Virus record (IMG/VR): IMGVR_UViG_3300022747_000017
DNA: 64,000 bases
Reading direction: 5' to 3' (one strand)
DNA from: a virus
Shown here: positions 1-9,533 of the stretch, one piece after another
How the letters are laid out: every line of letters begins with the position of its first letter
How positions within the stretch are numbered: the first letter of the stretch is position 1
Notes under the pieces: generated by a model
What the model was told of the DNA's origin: nothing
Database searches by the model: none
What the model saw: the letters and a program-made list of their open reading frames with translations, nothing else
Position numbers and translations under genes: made by a program

Positions 1-20
1 AAGGCTCTTCGGAGCCTTTT
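1..20 (+). terminator. Rho-independent terminator
   Basis: AAGGCTC-TTCG-GAGCCTT hairpin followed by a T tract; identical 20-mer recurs at 13777-13796. Confidence 0.8.
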
Positions 21-25
21 CTCGG

Positions 26-31
26 TAAATA
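26..31 (+). promoter_or_regulatory. Putative late promoter (TAAATA)
   Basis: TAAATA also precedes 409, 33046, 39563, 42512, 56626 and (on the - strand) phoH; resembles the T4 late promoter core TATAAATA. Confidence 0.5.
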
Positions 32-35
32 CAAG

Positions 36-370
36 TTATTGCTGTATGAAGCAAAGAGAAAAGTGTTCTGGACGCGGGTTCGACTCCCGCCAGGTCCACC
101 AAAAGTATACTAGGCTCCATAAGCAGAAGATTCTAGATAATCTGCTGAAAGATGACCGAGTTTTAAGACTCAAATAGTATGCTTTTGATGGGCCTGACAT
201 TGGTTTTCGACAGGGCAACAAGTAAACAAGTGGACAGCACGGCAAAGCAGAAGCCGTAGGGTTGGGGTTTCCCGGCCGTAGACGCAAAAAACGTAAACGC
301 AAACGACGAACAGTTCGCATTGGCAGCGTAAGCTGACTTGGGTAGTTATACCTCGAAACAGAAACTAACA
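36..370 (+). ncRNA. ssrA: Circularly permuted two-piece tmRNA
   Basis: Acceptor piece ends in T-arm GCGGG-TTCGACT-CCCGC and CAGGTCC-ACCA (101); intervening segment 102-189; coding piece starts GGGCCTG (190), pairing with CAGGTCC including the G3.U70 Ala determinant; tag frame 299-331 encodes ANDEQFALAA*. Outer ends approximate. Confidence 0.93.
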
Positions 371-394
371 AAAAGCCCACTCCGGTGGGCTTTT
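371..394 (+). terminator. Rho-independent terminator after tmRNA
   Basis: AAAAGCCCAC-TCCG-GTGGGCTTTT. Confidence 0.85.
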
Positions 395-408
395 CTCTTA
401 AATACAAT

Positions 409-1515
409 ATGATTTTCTATCAAGTTAATAACAAAATAATCTACAACATCTACCTGGCGCAGTATGAATCATATACATCAGGTCAGCCTATTACATTTCA
501 TTGCATGGATCAAGCCAATGATCAACTTGATTGGACCATTGAGCCCGAACTAAGTTTTGAAAGTTTAATGGATAGCCATGCAATACATCTCAGAAACAAA
601 TACGAACGCTTGATTCTAAACTGGTCAGGCGGAACGGATAGTCATACTATTTACAACGTGTTCAAAAGAAACAATATTCACATTGATGAAATTGTAATCA
701 AGTATGCAGAACCTGTGCATGGTATTACATGGTTTCCACGACAGCATTATGATTGGATGATGGTCAATCATTATGACCCGACTACTAAAATAACCGCAGT
801 TAATGCATACGATACTGATAAAAGAAAATTATTCATTGACAATGAAGATTGGATTCTTAAAAACAAAGGAAACTGGCTGGCTTTTAATTTAAGCCATGTT
901 GAGGACAGTTATAATCATTGTGCAGAATCTTATAGTGGACACAACTGGGGTATAATCTTTGGTTTCGAAAAGCCACAGGTCTATGCAGAAAATGGCACCT
1001 GGTACTATAGACAAGCTGATGTGCTAATGAGGTCAGTTATGGGTTACAGTAATGTTGAATGCTTTTATATGGATCCTCTAATTAACCTTAAACAAAGCCA
1101 TATGGCCAAACGTGCACTAAAGGCAATGAAGCGTGACGGGGTTGAACCAGGCAATCCTGCGTGGCATGCCGGTGGGAACTTAAAATATAAAATGTGGGCC
1201 CGTGCTATTGGAAGACATCACGAGCTGTCAGATGGCATTAGTAACAGCCAAAAAGAAAATAACGCTGTACGAGGAAATTCCACTGTTGATATACAACAAA
1301 AATTTGAAGACTTTGATCCAGTCAATGGAGAAATCTTTCTACGTGAAAAAATTCGAGATCAAGATCCAGTTGCAGTAAATTATCTGCGTGGCATATATAA
1401 TGTCATGTTGGATCGAAATTTTTACGAGCATTTAAATCAACATTCACTGAGAGAACCCGGTAAGTTCTTTAAAACCAAAACCATATGGTCTAAAAGTTAC
1501 TGCCTAGGCCAATAA
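409..1515 (+). CDS. PP-loop (adenine nucleotide alpha-hydrolase superfamily) protein
   Basis: LILNWSGGTDS PP-loop motif; paralog at 62994; ATG 409 preferred over the GTG that lies inside the terminator. Confidence 0.6.
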   Translation: MIFYQVNNKIIYNIYLAQYESYTSGQPITFHCMDQANDQLDWTIEPELSFESLMDSHAIHLRNKYERLILNWSGGTDSHTIYNVFKRNNIHIDEIVIKYAEPVHGITWFPRQHYDWMMVNHYDPTTKITAVNAYDTDKRKLFIDNEDWILKNKGNWLAFNLSHVEDSYNHCAESYSGHNWGIIFGFEKPQVYAENGTWYYRQADVLMRSVMGYSNVECFYMDPLINLKQSHMAKRALKAMKRDGVEPGNPAWHAGGNLKYKMWARAIGRHHELSDGISNSQKENNAVRGNSTVDIQQKFEDFDPVNGEIFLREKIRDQDPVAVNYLRGIYNVMLDRNFYEHLNQHSLREPGKFFKTKTIWSKSYCLGQ

Positions 1516-1522
1516 ATCAAAT

Positions 1523-1542
1523 TGTGCTACAATTAGCACATG
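1523..1542 (+). promoter_or_regulatory. Extended -10 promoter with palindrome, leaderless start
   Basis: TGTGCTACAATTAGCACATG: TGn-TACAAT, 6 nt, then ATG; identical 20-mer at 17099-17118. Confidence 0.6.
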
Positions 1543-1878
1543 TCAACTCTACTTCTTAACTATGCCGGCACAGGTGTGCCCATGCACACAGCACAAGCAC
1601 TAGAAGATTATCTGTTCCGCGGCTACCAGCCGGGCAAATTTCTTACATCAGTATTGTGCAACGATCTCTGCGGCGCAGTGTGGAGCAGCGATCATGTCAA
1701 TCGAGAAGCTATTGTTGATATTGTTAAATTTCTTGGACACGGCATTCCGAGTGCCGCGTGGGGACATCAATTGGCTGTTGGCCGCTGGCTTGAAGATATT
1801 GATGGTATACGCACAGAATATACCAAGCACATTGAACAAAAACGTATGTGGGAAACTTTACAGGAGCAGCATCAATGA
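1540..1878 (+). CDS. Hypothetical protein
   Basis: 112-aa ORF directly behind a promoter, coupled to the next small ORF by ATGA. Confidence 0.7.
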   Translation: MSTLLLNYAGTGVPMHTAQALEDYLFRGYQPGKFLTSVLCNDLCGAVWSSDHVNREAIVDIVKFLGHGIPSAAWGHQLAVGRWLEDIDGIRTEYTKHIEQKRMWETLQEQHQ

Positions 1879-2152
1879 AATTTTTTACAGTTGTCGGAAT
1901 ATGGTTTTGCTTGATGTTTGCATTGGGCACAATCGATGTAGTGGATTTTCACGTTTGCCTTAAATCACCGGGAGCCTGCTCAAAATGACAAAAGATAACA
2001 TGTGGTGTATTGTGCTTGGTTTCTTTTTGTGTTCTATTCTTAACACCATGCCGTTTGCTGACGCTGAAAAGTTTCGTCAAGCAAAACAGACATGTGAAAA
2101 GTCTCTGCCCCGTGATCAACACTGTAAAGTAGTTGGGGTTCCGGAATAAGAT

Positions 2153-2434
2153 ATGATCTCAGAAGTCACTGAGCTATCTGTAACCACACACGAATATCAT
2201 GTTACTTGGCACACATGGCAACACGGCAATCAAAGTGGTTTTTGGCGTAGTCATCTAGAGGAAAAATATCACACAGATAACGAACGTGAGCTGCACACCA
2301 TGATAGCTGCCCGACTTAACCAATCATTTCAGCACATGACTGTACGATGCACGTACACAAAAGTAGTACAAACTATTTACGCTCCGCAACAGCTTGGTCC
2401 CGAAGATCTTACTATTTTGCTGCTAAGGCAATAA
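2153..2434 (+). CDS. Hypothetical protein
   Basis: 93-aa ORF ending in a hydrophobic helix DLTILLLRQ reminiscent of the cassette C-termini. Confidence 0.6.
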   Translation: MISEVTELSVTTHEYHVTWHTWQHGNQSGFWRSHLEEKYHTDNERELHTMIAARLNQSFQHMTVRCTYTKVVQTIYAPQQLGPEDLTILLLRQ

Positions 2435-2531
2435 TATTCGTTGTATTAGTGCAACAAATGGCAATTATTTTGGGCAAATTGCCCAAAAGTGCTGTACAAT
2501 TAAGGCATTGTTAAACAAACAGGAGTTTTAA

Positions 2532-3005
2532 ATGCCTTTTCAAAAGTACACAGACGCACTGGCTTTGATGGATGCTACTATTGCAGTCAATGATGCAGTA
2601 ATTGCAGCCAACGGTGAGTACAGTACATGGTACTATAGTGAACAAGGCACAGAACTCAGTGCCCCTATTTGTACTGCATGGGACAATCTGTATACTTTTG
2701 TACATGATAATTTCCCGGTTCCAGTTAGCTTTGGAACTTCTCCTTACTCTGACCCAGATAAAGAAAAGTATGCAGCGGATGTAGATGAAATGGTTGCGAT
2801 GTTTGGTAAAGATCGTGCTACCTTGGAAGAAGAATTGCGTAAGATTCCTCCGGTTATTGCAGAAGTGGCTTTTCCGGTGTACATTGCACGTCACCTCTTG
2901 TGGACTCAACGAGTGGCAGTCAGCCCAAGTCACTTGACTACGTTTGACGAATTTCACAATCGTTATGGTTACATGATTATTTGCGGTGCCAGTAACCGCA
3001 AATAA
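2532..3005 (+). CDS. Hypothetical protein
   Basis: 157-aa ORF with AGGAG RBS. Confidence 0.75.
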   Translation: MPFQKYTDALALMDATIAVNDAVIAANGEYSTWYYSEQGTELSAPICTAWDNLYTFVHDNFPVPVSFGTSPYSDPDKEKYAADVDEMVAMFGKDRATLEEELRKIPPVIAEVAFPVYIARHLLWTQRVAVSPSHLTTFDEFHNRYGYMIICGASNRK

Positions 3006-3043
3006 TCCAAAACTGTGCTATAATATCACAAATGGAGAACACA

Positions 3044-4351
3044 ATGCAAAAACCCTGGAAAATTATTGCAGAGCTGGAGAGCGACAATAGCCGCTTGTTT
3101 AAAGAAGCAGTTATTGCTCGTGAGAGTGCTGCGGGCAATGATGAATTGTTCAAAGGATTCCGCCACGCATACGATGCAATGATTACCTTTGGTGTTAAGA
3201 AGGTTGAACCCAAGACAGGCGATGGCAAGGGTCTTAGCCCGGATACATTTTGGGAAACAGCACGTAAACTGATGGCCCGCGAACTTACCGGCAATGCTGC
3301 ACAGACAGCCATCAACTTCATGCGTATGAATGCAACCGAAGAAGAATGGAATGGATGGTATCGTCGCATCCTTATCAAAGACATGCGCTGCGGCGCCAGT
3401 GATACCATTGTAAACAAAATGGCCGATGCCAAGTATCACGTGCCTGTGTTTACTTGTCAGCTTGCACATGATGGTGCAAAGCATCCTGAAAAGATCAAAG
3501 GGAAACGTCTGATTGAAGTCAAGCTAGACGGTATGCGTGTCATCACTATCGTTTACCCAAATGGGCAAGTGGATCAGTACAGCCGCAATGGCAAGGAACT
3601 GATTAACTTTCCACACATTAAAGAACAGTTTGCTAAACATGCAAAACTGCTCAAAGCACCAATGGTGTTTGATGGCGAAATCATGAGCGCCAACTTCCAG
3701 GATCTGATGAAGCAAGCTCGCCGTAAGAGTGATGTGCAAACCGATGATGCAGTGCTTAACTTGTTTGATCTAGTTACACTGGACGAATTCCGCAAAGGCC
3801 GTTGCGATACTGCACAGGCTCTGCGTAGCTTTGCTCTTCGTTCATGGCTTACTCCAATTGCAGATCACATGCCTAACGTGGAAATCGTTGGACAAGAGCT
3901 TGTAGATCTCGATACAGCCGAAGGTTATGCTCGGTTCCGTGAAATTAATCAACAAGCAATTGATGGCGGCTACGAAGGCATTATGATCAAGGACCCAGAA
4001 GCTGCTTACGAGTGCAAGCGTACCGTAAGCTGGCTTAAAGAAAAGCCCTTCATTGAAGTGTCCCTAACTGCTGTTGCTATTGAAGAAGGCACCGGTAAGA
4101 ACGTGGGCCGCATGGGCGCAGTGCTGTTTGAAGGCGAAGATGACGGCAAGTTTATCCGTGTAAGCGTTGGTGGCGGCTGGAGCGACAAGGATCGCGATGA
4201 CATTTGGGCCAACAGAGATTCTATTCCTGGTCAGATTGGCGAAGTTCGTGCAGATGCTGCTACACTGAATCAAGACAGCACAGATGTCTACAGCCTGCGT
4301 TTCCCCCGATTCAAAACATGGCGCGGCTTTGCTGCTGGAGAAAAGTTGTGA
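3044..4351 (+). CDS. lig: ATP-dependent DNA ligase
   Basis: KxDG adenylation motif EVKLDGMR, VFDGEI, GYEGIMIK, WLKEKP, C-terminal SLRFPRF; GGAGA RBS before ATG 3044. Confidence 0.95.
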   Translation: MQKPWKIIAELESDNSRLFKEAVIARESAAGNDELFKGFRHAYDAMITFGVKKVEPKTGDGKGLSPDTFWETARKLMARELTGNAAQTAINFMRMNATEEEWNGWYRRILIKDMRCGASDTIVNKMADAKYHVPVFTCQLAHDGAKHPEKIKGKRLIEVKLDGMRVITIVYPNGQVDQYSRNGKELINFPHIKEQFAKHAKLLKAPMVFDGEIMSANFQDLMKQARRKSDVQTDDAVLNLFDLVTLDEFRKGRCDTAQALRSFALRSWLTPIADHMPNVEIVGQELVDLDTAEGYARFREINQQAIDGGYEGIMIKDPEAAYECKRTVSWLKEKPFIEVSLTAVAIEEGTGKNVGRMGAVLFEGEDDGKFIRVSVGGGWSDKDRDDIWANRDSIPGQIGEVRADAATLNQDSTDVYSLRFPRFKTWRGFAAGEKL

Positions 4352-5025
4352 AAATCAAATCACGTTTCAAAGATTATTACGATTACGTAGCACACGCCTA
4401 TGGCGGTGGTGACGAACGTGTAACCTATGTGCGTGAACCGTTACCTGATAATCTTACCAGCGTAACACTACCTGATTTTGCTGATCTTCCTACCCCACGC
4501 CTGTCTGGAGCCAGGGCATACACAAAGCACCTGGTTATCAATGGGCGAGTCTACACAGTTATTGCACCAATAGACCCGGTGACCTTGGTGGCTGGCCCGT
4601 ACCGACTGTTTCACCAAGACAATTTTGATGATGACGACGTCATCAATCTAAGCGTTCAATACCACTGGAGACCAAACGAAAGTTGGTCCTCACTAAAATG
4701 GGAACGATACTTTGGGCAAGAAAATGCCACAGCCCTGGCATTAAGTAAAGCCATCAAGCAACCAGTTTTCCTTGTCGACAGCTATCACAAGAATTGGACC
4801 AGTAAGTCTACTCATTTTGAAATCAATCCGCATATCCCAGTCTTGCGTGAATACGGTATCAATCACTACATACAGCCCGAACAACTGTATCAGGAAATTG
4901 CCTACTTCATGTCAAACAAGATGGTAGACAGTCCGGACTTGGTTGTACACAACAACATGACCGACAAAGAAAAAATTGTGCAACATGGGTTCGACCTCAA
5001 ACAAAGTTTTAGGCATAGAAAATAA
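4348..5025 (+). CDS. Hypothetical phage protein
   Basis: GTGA overlap with ligase stop; 225-aa ORF. Confidence 0.7.
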   Translation: MKIKSRFKDYYDYVAHAYGGGDERVTYVREPLPDNLTSVTLPDFADLPTPRLSGARAYTKHLVINGRVYTVIAPIDPVTLVAGPYRLFHQDNFDDDDVINLSVQYHWRPNESWSSLKWERYFGQENATALALSKAIKQPVFLVDSYHKNWTSKSTHFEINPHIPVLREYGINHYIQPEQLYQEIAYFMSNKMVDSPDLVVHNNMTDKEKIVQHGFDLKQSFRHRK

Positions 5026-6396
5026 TGTCAGTACGTAGTGCATGGACAGTGGTTGATACAGACTACACAAATAAGATATTTGTGATCGAAGACATTGCCA
5101 ATCACACCGGCGGAGTGACCATTACTAACGATGCTGAGAATGTGCTAATCTATGTTAGAGACCATTTTGGGTACAGCTGGAGAACAGTCTACAAAGACAC
5201 TGACAATGAATGGTGGGAACTATACTGGGACACAGATGGGATGTGTCCCACTGATTTTAAAGTGGGGTTCAAACCATGGGACGGTCTTGCATGGGATTTA
5301 TTAAAAAGGTAATTCAAAAACATTTTGGAGAAGAATTATGACATACAAACAAGCATACAAACGTCTAGACGACGAACACCTTGATTCAGTAGATGCTGCT
5401 GTGTTTAGTGGAGACATTTTTCACGATGAAGACAATCGCAAAGAGTTTCGCAAGCTGCTAGAGCGTTGGACACGCGAGATGGATGCACTTGATGCATCCG
5501 GATTTGGATTGAATCCATGAAAACTGAATGGGAAGAATTCAAACAGATTTGGGCCAAAGATGGGTTTGGTCAACCTCGTACTGCTGCCAGTAAAGTGGCA
5601 CTGATAATCTACTGTATTCCCGTTGCCATTGCTATTCTTTGTCTTGTGGCTTGGTACGGCTTGGTGGATATGTTTGGCAAACGATAATGTTTACCACACA
5701 TCAGTCTAACGTAAAGGAACTTCGTCAAGGCGAAGATGGATTCATGCTTGATGATGGCACGATTCGATATCCGCGGGCCATGTTGCGGGTGTCGCCGGAG
5801 TGTCCACACCACATTGCAGAAATGATTTCTTTAGCATCTATAAACGGCTGGCTCAAATGTGTAGCACACATCTACGAACATGAAGAAACTTTCAATATTA
5901 TCTCAAATAAAACGTAGACTTTATAGGCTTTTTCCTGTAAAATATCCGTTAAGTAAGGAACAGATTATGGCCAGAAGTCCATTTACAGAACGAGAGGCAA
6001 TGACAATGATTGCCGGTACTGTGCGCCAGATGATCAAAGATGCCACGTACTTTAACTACAGCAACGTTGGCCCACACTACTGTCAATTGACTGAATCGGG
6101 TAAAGATGCATTGTGTAAGCAAATGGATCTACTAATGGGACAGCTAGCTCATGCCATCAAACATGATGACGAAGAACGCAGTAAAAAAATAGTATTTGAA
6201 CAACTTAAAGGAAATTAAAATGACATGTAAAGGTTACGATCCAAAGGCAGTAAAAATCAGCAAGCCAGTAAAGACATTGGCAGCGACAATCATGGACAAA
6301 CACGTTCGTGGTGCATTTATTCGCAGCTATGTTAAGATTGCACAGGCCGAAGCAAGCCAACGTACAAGCCGCAATAGCCGCAAGGGTGACAAGTGA
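5025..6396 (+). other. Cluster of small hypothetical CDSs (5025-5312, 5338-5520, ~5517-5688, ~5685-5917, 5880-6218, ~6220-6396)
   Basis: Tightly packed + strand ORFs with overlapping stop/start codons; starts approximate. Confidence 0.6.
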
Positions 6397-6695
6397 GTCT
6401 AGATTATACCTTTGGACCAATTGGCGAGGGCGAGTTTGACTTGCCTACACGCCACAAAGAGATTCAAGAACTCTTGTGGAAGCATCAATGCGAAGTTACA
6501 TTTACCAAAGTAAATGGCGAAGCTCGCACTATGCCTTGCACTTTGATGGCCAACGCATTGCCTGCACGTGATGCAGCCAAGCTACACGAAACACGTATCT
6601 ACGATCCAAAGAGTATGAGTGTTTGGTGTTTGGATAAAAGTGAGTGGCGCAGTTTTCGTACTGCTAACGTAACACACATTCGAGTTATTGCATGA
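6393..6695 (+). CDS. WYL-like / SH3-fold phage protein
   Basis: CEVTFTKVNGEARTMPCTL ... SVWCLDKSEWRSFR pattern typical of small WYL-like proteins of large myoviruses. Confidence 0.55.
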   Translation: MSLDYTFGPIGEGEFDLPTRHKEIQELLWKHQCEVTFTKVNGEARTMPCTLMANALPARDAAKLHETRIYDPKSMSVWCLDKSEWRSFRTANVTHIRVIA

Positions 6696-7024
6696 CATGC
6701 CCTAGTCTAGAGCACGAATTAGAAGATTGCGATTGGATTGTTGCAAAGATTTGTGCAGACTATGATTATGCACAGAGAGTCTATGCCGCACTCTGCAATA
6801 TGCAATGGCAAAAGCGTGACGTTATGCCTATCCTTAAAGACGACACTTGGTCTTGTACCTGGCGCTATGCGGGAGGCATGATGGCACATATGGCCAGACG
6901 CAACGAAGACTACATGGACTATTACTGCTCAGGTAACGAAGGCCATGTTGCTGATGATGTTCGAGAAGACTTTCTAAAGCTAGGCTGGCAACCAGTCCCG
7001 TACGATGACAAAGATATGGTATAG
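6692..7024 (+). CDS. Hypothetical protein
   Basis: ATGA-coupled 110-aa ORF. Confidence 0.7.
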   Translation: MTCPSLEHELEDCDWIVAKICADYDYAQRVYAALCNMQWQKRDVMPILKDDTWSCTWRYAGGMMAHMARRNEDYMDYYCSGNEGHVADDVREDFLKLGWQPVPYDDKDMV

Positions 7025-7304
7025 TCTATTGCTTGTTCAACTAACTGGATGTGCTGTAGTTGCAGAATATCCAGTTACTACTGCAAGTGTTGCAGTATTA
7101 GCAGCAACAGGAAAAGGTCCCACAGACCATGCATTAAGTCATGTTGCTGAACGGGATTGCAGCACTCTAAGAGTGCTAGACAATGAAAAAATCTGCAAAG
7201 ATTATGTACTGGCAGACGTAGTTGATCGCACCAGCACAGAATACAAAACTACAATGGTGGCTGTTACGGACGATATTTTTGCTCAACGTGCCCGAAAAAG
7301 GTAA
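7005..7304 (+). CDS. Putative lipoprotein
   Basis: N-terminal hydrophobic stretch with lipobox-like LTGC. Confidence 0.5.
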   Translation: MTKIWYSLLLVQLTGCAVVAEYPVTTASVAVLAATGKGPTDHALSHVAERDCSTLRVLDNEKICKDYVLADVVDRTSTEYKTTMVAVTDDIFAQRARKR

Positions 7305-7503
7305 TGTTGTCAACGTAATATGTACCTAAAACGTTGTGTAATTGTTAGGAGACATCTATGAACAATGTCAAAGACAATTGCAGTAACAACGATAAGCCCG
7401 GTAAAACAGAAGTATTAGTTTATTTGCACAAGTGGTCCCGTGCAAAACAGTGTAATGGTTGCGATAAAAAGCGCACAGGACCGTGTAAAAACTCCAATTG
7501 TCA

Positions 7504-7531
7504 TTGACAATTATTGTTCTAGTGTTATACT
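7504..7531 (+). promoter_or_regulatory. Sigma70-like promoter, leaderless
   Basis: TTGACA-N16-TATACT with TGn extension; ATG 6 nt after the -10 box. Confidence 0.7.
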
Positions 7532-7537
7532 TGCAGT

Positions 7538-7987
7538 ATGAAAAAAGGCGAAATGCTCGACAAAATGTTGCTAATTGCAACTAATGCACATCACGGTCAA
7601 TTTGACAAAGGTGGTGCTCCTTACATTTTGCATCCACTGAAGGTGATGCACTACTTGAAAAGCGACGACGAAGAGCTAATGTGCATGGCATTGGGACACG
7701 ATGTCATTGAAGACACCAACGTAACTTACAAAGACTTACGCGATGAAGGCATTTCTGACCGTGTTATTGATGGTATCCGTGCTGTAACTAAACAACCTGG
7801 CCAAACTCTAGAAGAGTACAAGGCGGTTGTGTTTGCAAACCCCGACGCGATGCGGGTTAAAATGGCCGACTTGCGTCATAACAGCGACATTCGACGCCTT
7901 AAAGGTGTTACCGAAAAGGACATTGCACGTATAGCCAAATACCATCTGTTTTACATGGAAATTCAAGCAAAGCTGGTTGACAAATAA
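7538..7987 (+). CDS. HD-domain (p)ppGpp hydrolase-like protein (SpoT/Mesh1 type)
   Basis: HHGQFDKGGAPYILHP, LGHDVIED and VKMADLRHN motifs. Confidence 0.85.
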   Translation: MKKGEMLDKMLLIATNAHHGQFDKGGAPYILHPLKVMHYLKSDDEELMCMALGHDVIEDTNVTYKDLRDEGISDRVIDGIRAVTKQPGQTLEEYKAVVFANPDAMRVKMADLRHNSDIRRLKGVTEKDIARIAKYHLFYMEIQAKLVDK

Positions 7988-8021
7988 AAAAATCAGTGCT
8001 ATACTAAACATAAATAAAAAT

Positions 8022-8042
8022 ACAGCGAGATAGACTTGCTGT
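8022..8042 (+). promoter_or_regulatory. 5' UTR hairpin with GAGATAGACTT apex (copy 1)
   Basis: ACAGCGAG-ATAGA-CTTGCTGT, between -10 box (8000-8005) and RBS of the operon containing NadM-Nudix. Confidence 0.55.
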
Positions 8043-8067
8043 TACAACTTATACAAAGGATTTTTGT

Positions 8068-8427
8068 ATGTCTTCTAAAACATTCACCATCAGGAAAGCC
8101 TATGTGCTTTCAGCAATCAACAAAGCAGGTCAACGTGTCTACTACGACACAGACTCACACAGCGGCGGCTACCCTTACTGGAGTATCAGTGACTACGGTA
8201 TCAAACAGTTTGCCAACTTAGACCAAATTCCCACATTCAGCGGCACAGACTATATGCGCCGAGACGTTGTTAGCCTTGAAGTGCTTGAAGTTAAAATGCA
8301 AGCCACAGTCGTGCAAACAACTGAAATCGTCTCCGAAGCTCGAGCCAAAGCAATGGCAGAGATTGCAAAGATTGAAAAAGAATTGGCCCTCAAAGTGGCA
8401 GCATTGGAAGGGATGAAAAATGTCTAA
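8068..8427 (+). CDS. Hypothetical protein, first gene of the NadM-Nudix operon
   Basis: AAAGGA RBS; overlaps next gene. Confidence 0.75.
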   Translation: MSSKTFTIRKAYVLSAINKAGQRVYYDTDSHSGGYPYWSISDYGIKQFANLDQIPTFSGTDYMRRDVVSLEVLEVKMQATVVQTTEIVSEARAKAMAEIAKIEKELALKVAALEGMKNV

Positions 8428-9439
8428 GCAATACGATACACTGGTCCTTATTGGACGTTTCCAACCATTCCACAATGCTCACCTTGAGATCATCAAGCGT
8501 AGCACTGCATTGTGCAACAAACTGATCGTGATTACTGGTAGTGCAGCACAACCACGTACCTACAAAAACCCATTCACCAGCGAAGAACGTGCGGTTATGG
8601 TTCGTTATGCAACTATGGGGCTTGCACTTAACATTGTGATTGAATCCGACATTGATACCATCTACAATAACCAGGCCTGGGCTGTTCGTGTTCAGGGCAT
8701 TGTGCAACGTCACACCAACGCCGGAGAGAAGATTGCTATCATTGGACACAAGAAAGATGACAGCAGCTTTTACCTGGACATGTTCCCTCAATGGGGTTAC
8801 GAGAACGTGGAAGAAATTGAGCCCTTGAGTGCAGTTAACATTCGTGACCTGTACTTCAAGCGTGATGCCAATATGAACTTTATCAAGAATGTGGTTCCAC
8901 AGACTACTTTTGATTTCTTGACCAAGTTTAAAGAAACTCCTGAATACGAACAAATTATTCGTGAACGTGAGTTTTTGATTGAACACAACAAACAATATGC
9001 CAGCTTGAAGTATCCTCCAATCTTCAGCACTGCTGATGCTGTGGTGTTCTGCTCAGGGCATGTATTGATGATTCGTCGTCGTGCAGAGCCGGGCAAAGGC
9101 TTGTGGGCATTACCCGGTGGTTATGTCAACGCCAACACCGACAAGAGTGTAGAAGATGCTGCCATCCGTGAACTGCGTGAAGAAACAATGATTAAAGTAC
9201 CAGCGCCAGTATTGCGTGGCAGCATTGTTCGCAGTCGTGTATTTGATGCCATTGATCGCAGTCCACGTGGCCGTATTATTACTCACGCATTCCACATCCA
9301 GTTACCCGACGGTGAATTGCCTAAAGTAAAAGGCAGTGATGATGCTGAGAAGGCACGTTGGGTACCAATCGCTGAAGTACGTAGTGAAGAGTGTTTTGAA
9401 GATCACTATGAAATCTTGCAACACTTCTTAGGTGCTTAA
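8420..9439 (+). CDS. nadM: Bifunctional NMN adenylyltransferase / ADP-ribose pyrophosphatase (NadM-Nudix)
   Basis: IGRFQPFHNAH (HxGH-type) N-domain; Nudix box LPGGYV...AAIRELREET. Confidence 0.95.
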   Translation: MSKQYDTLVLIGRFQPFHNAHLEIIKRSTALCNKLIVITGSAAQPRTYKNPFTSEERAVMVRYATMGLALNIVIESDIDTIYNNQAWAVRVQGIVQRHTNAGEKIAIIGHKKDDSSFYLDMFPQWGYENVEEIEPLSAVNIRDLYFKRDANMNFIKNVVPQTTFDFLTKFKETPEYEQIIREREFLIEHNKQYASLKYPPIFSTADAVVFCSGHVLMIRRRAEPGKGLWALPGGYVNANTDKSVEDAAIRELREETMIKVPAPVLRGSIVRSRVFDAIDRSPRGRIITHAFHIQLPDGELPKVKGSDDAEKARWVPIAEVRSEECFEDHYEILQHFLGA

Positions 9440-9449
9440 ACCAAACAAG

Positions 9450-9478
9450 TTGACACAGAAATAGGTCTGCGTTATACT
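9450..9478 (+). promoter_or_regulatory. Sigma70-like promoter
   Basis: TTGACA-N17-TATACT. Confidence 0.75.
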
Positions 9479-9488
9479 GTAATCAAGT

Positions 9489-9507
9489 CCCAGAGATAGA
9501 CTTTGGG
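9489..9507 (+). promoter_or_regulatory. 5' UTR hairpin with GAGATAGACTT apex (copy 2)
   Basis: CCCAGAG-ATAGA-CTTTGGG upstream of the NAMPT RBS. Confidence 0.55.
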
Positions 9508-9533
9508 CAATTTAACTTTAAAGGAACTTTAAA

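Noticed and set aside
102-189. Hammerhead ribozyme in the tmRNA intervening segment
   Set aside because: CTGAAAGATGA does not fit CUGANGA and no correctly placed GAAA/NUH core is present; same for CTGAACGAG in element 1.
36-407. 123-aa minus-strand ORF and other minus-strand ORFs in the track
   Set aside because: They are antisense shadows of tmRNA or of well-supported + strand genes, lack RBS and family motifs; only phoH is supported on the minus strand.
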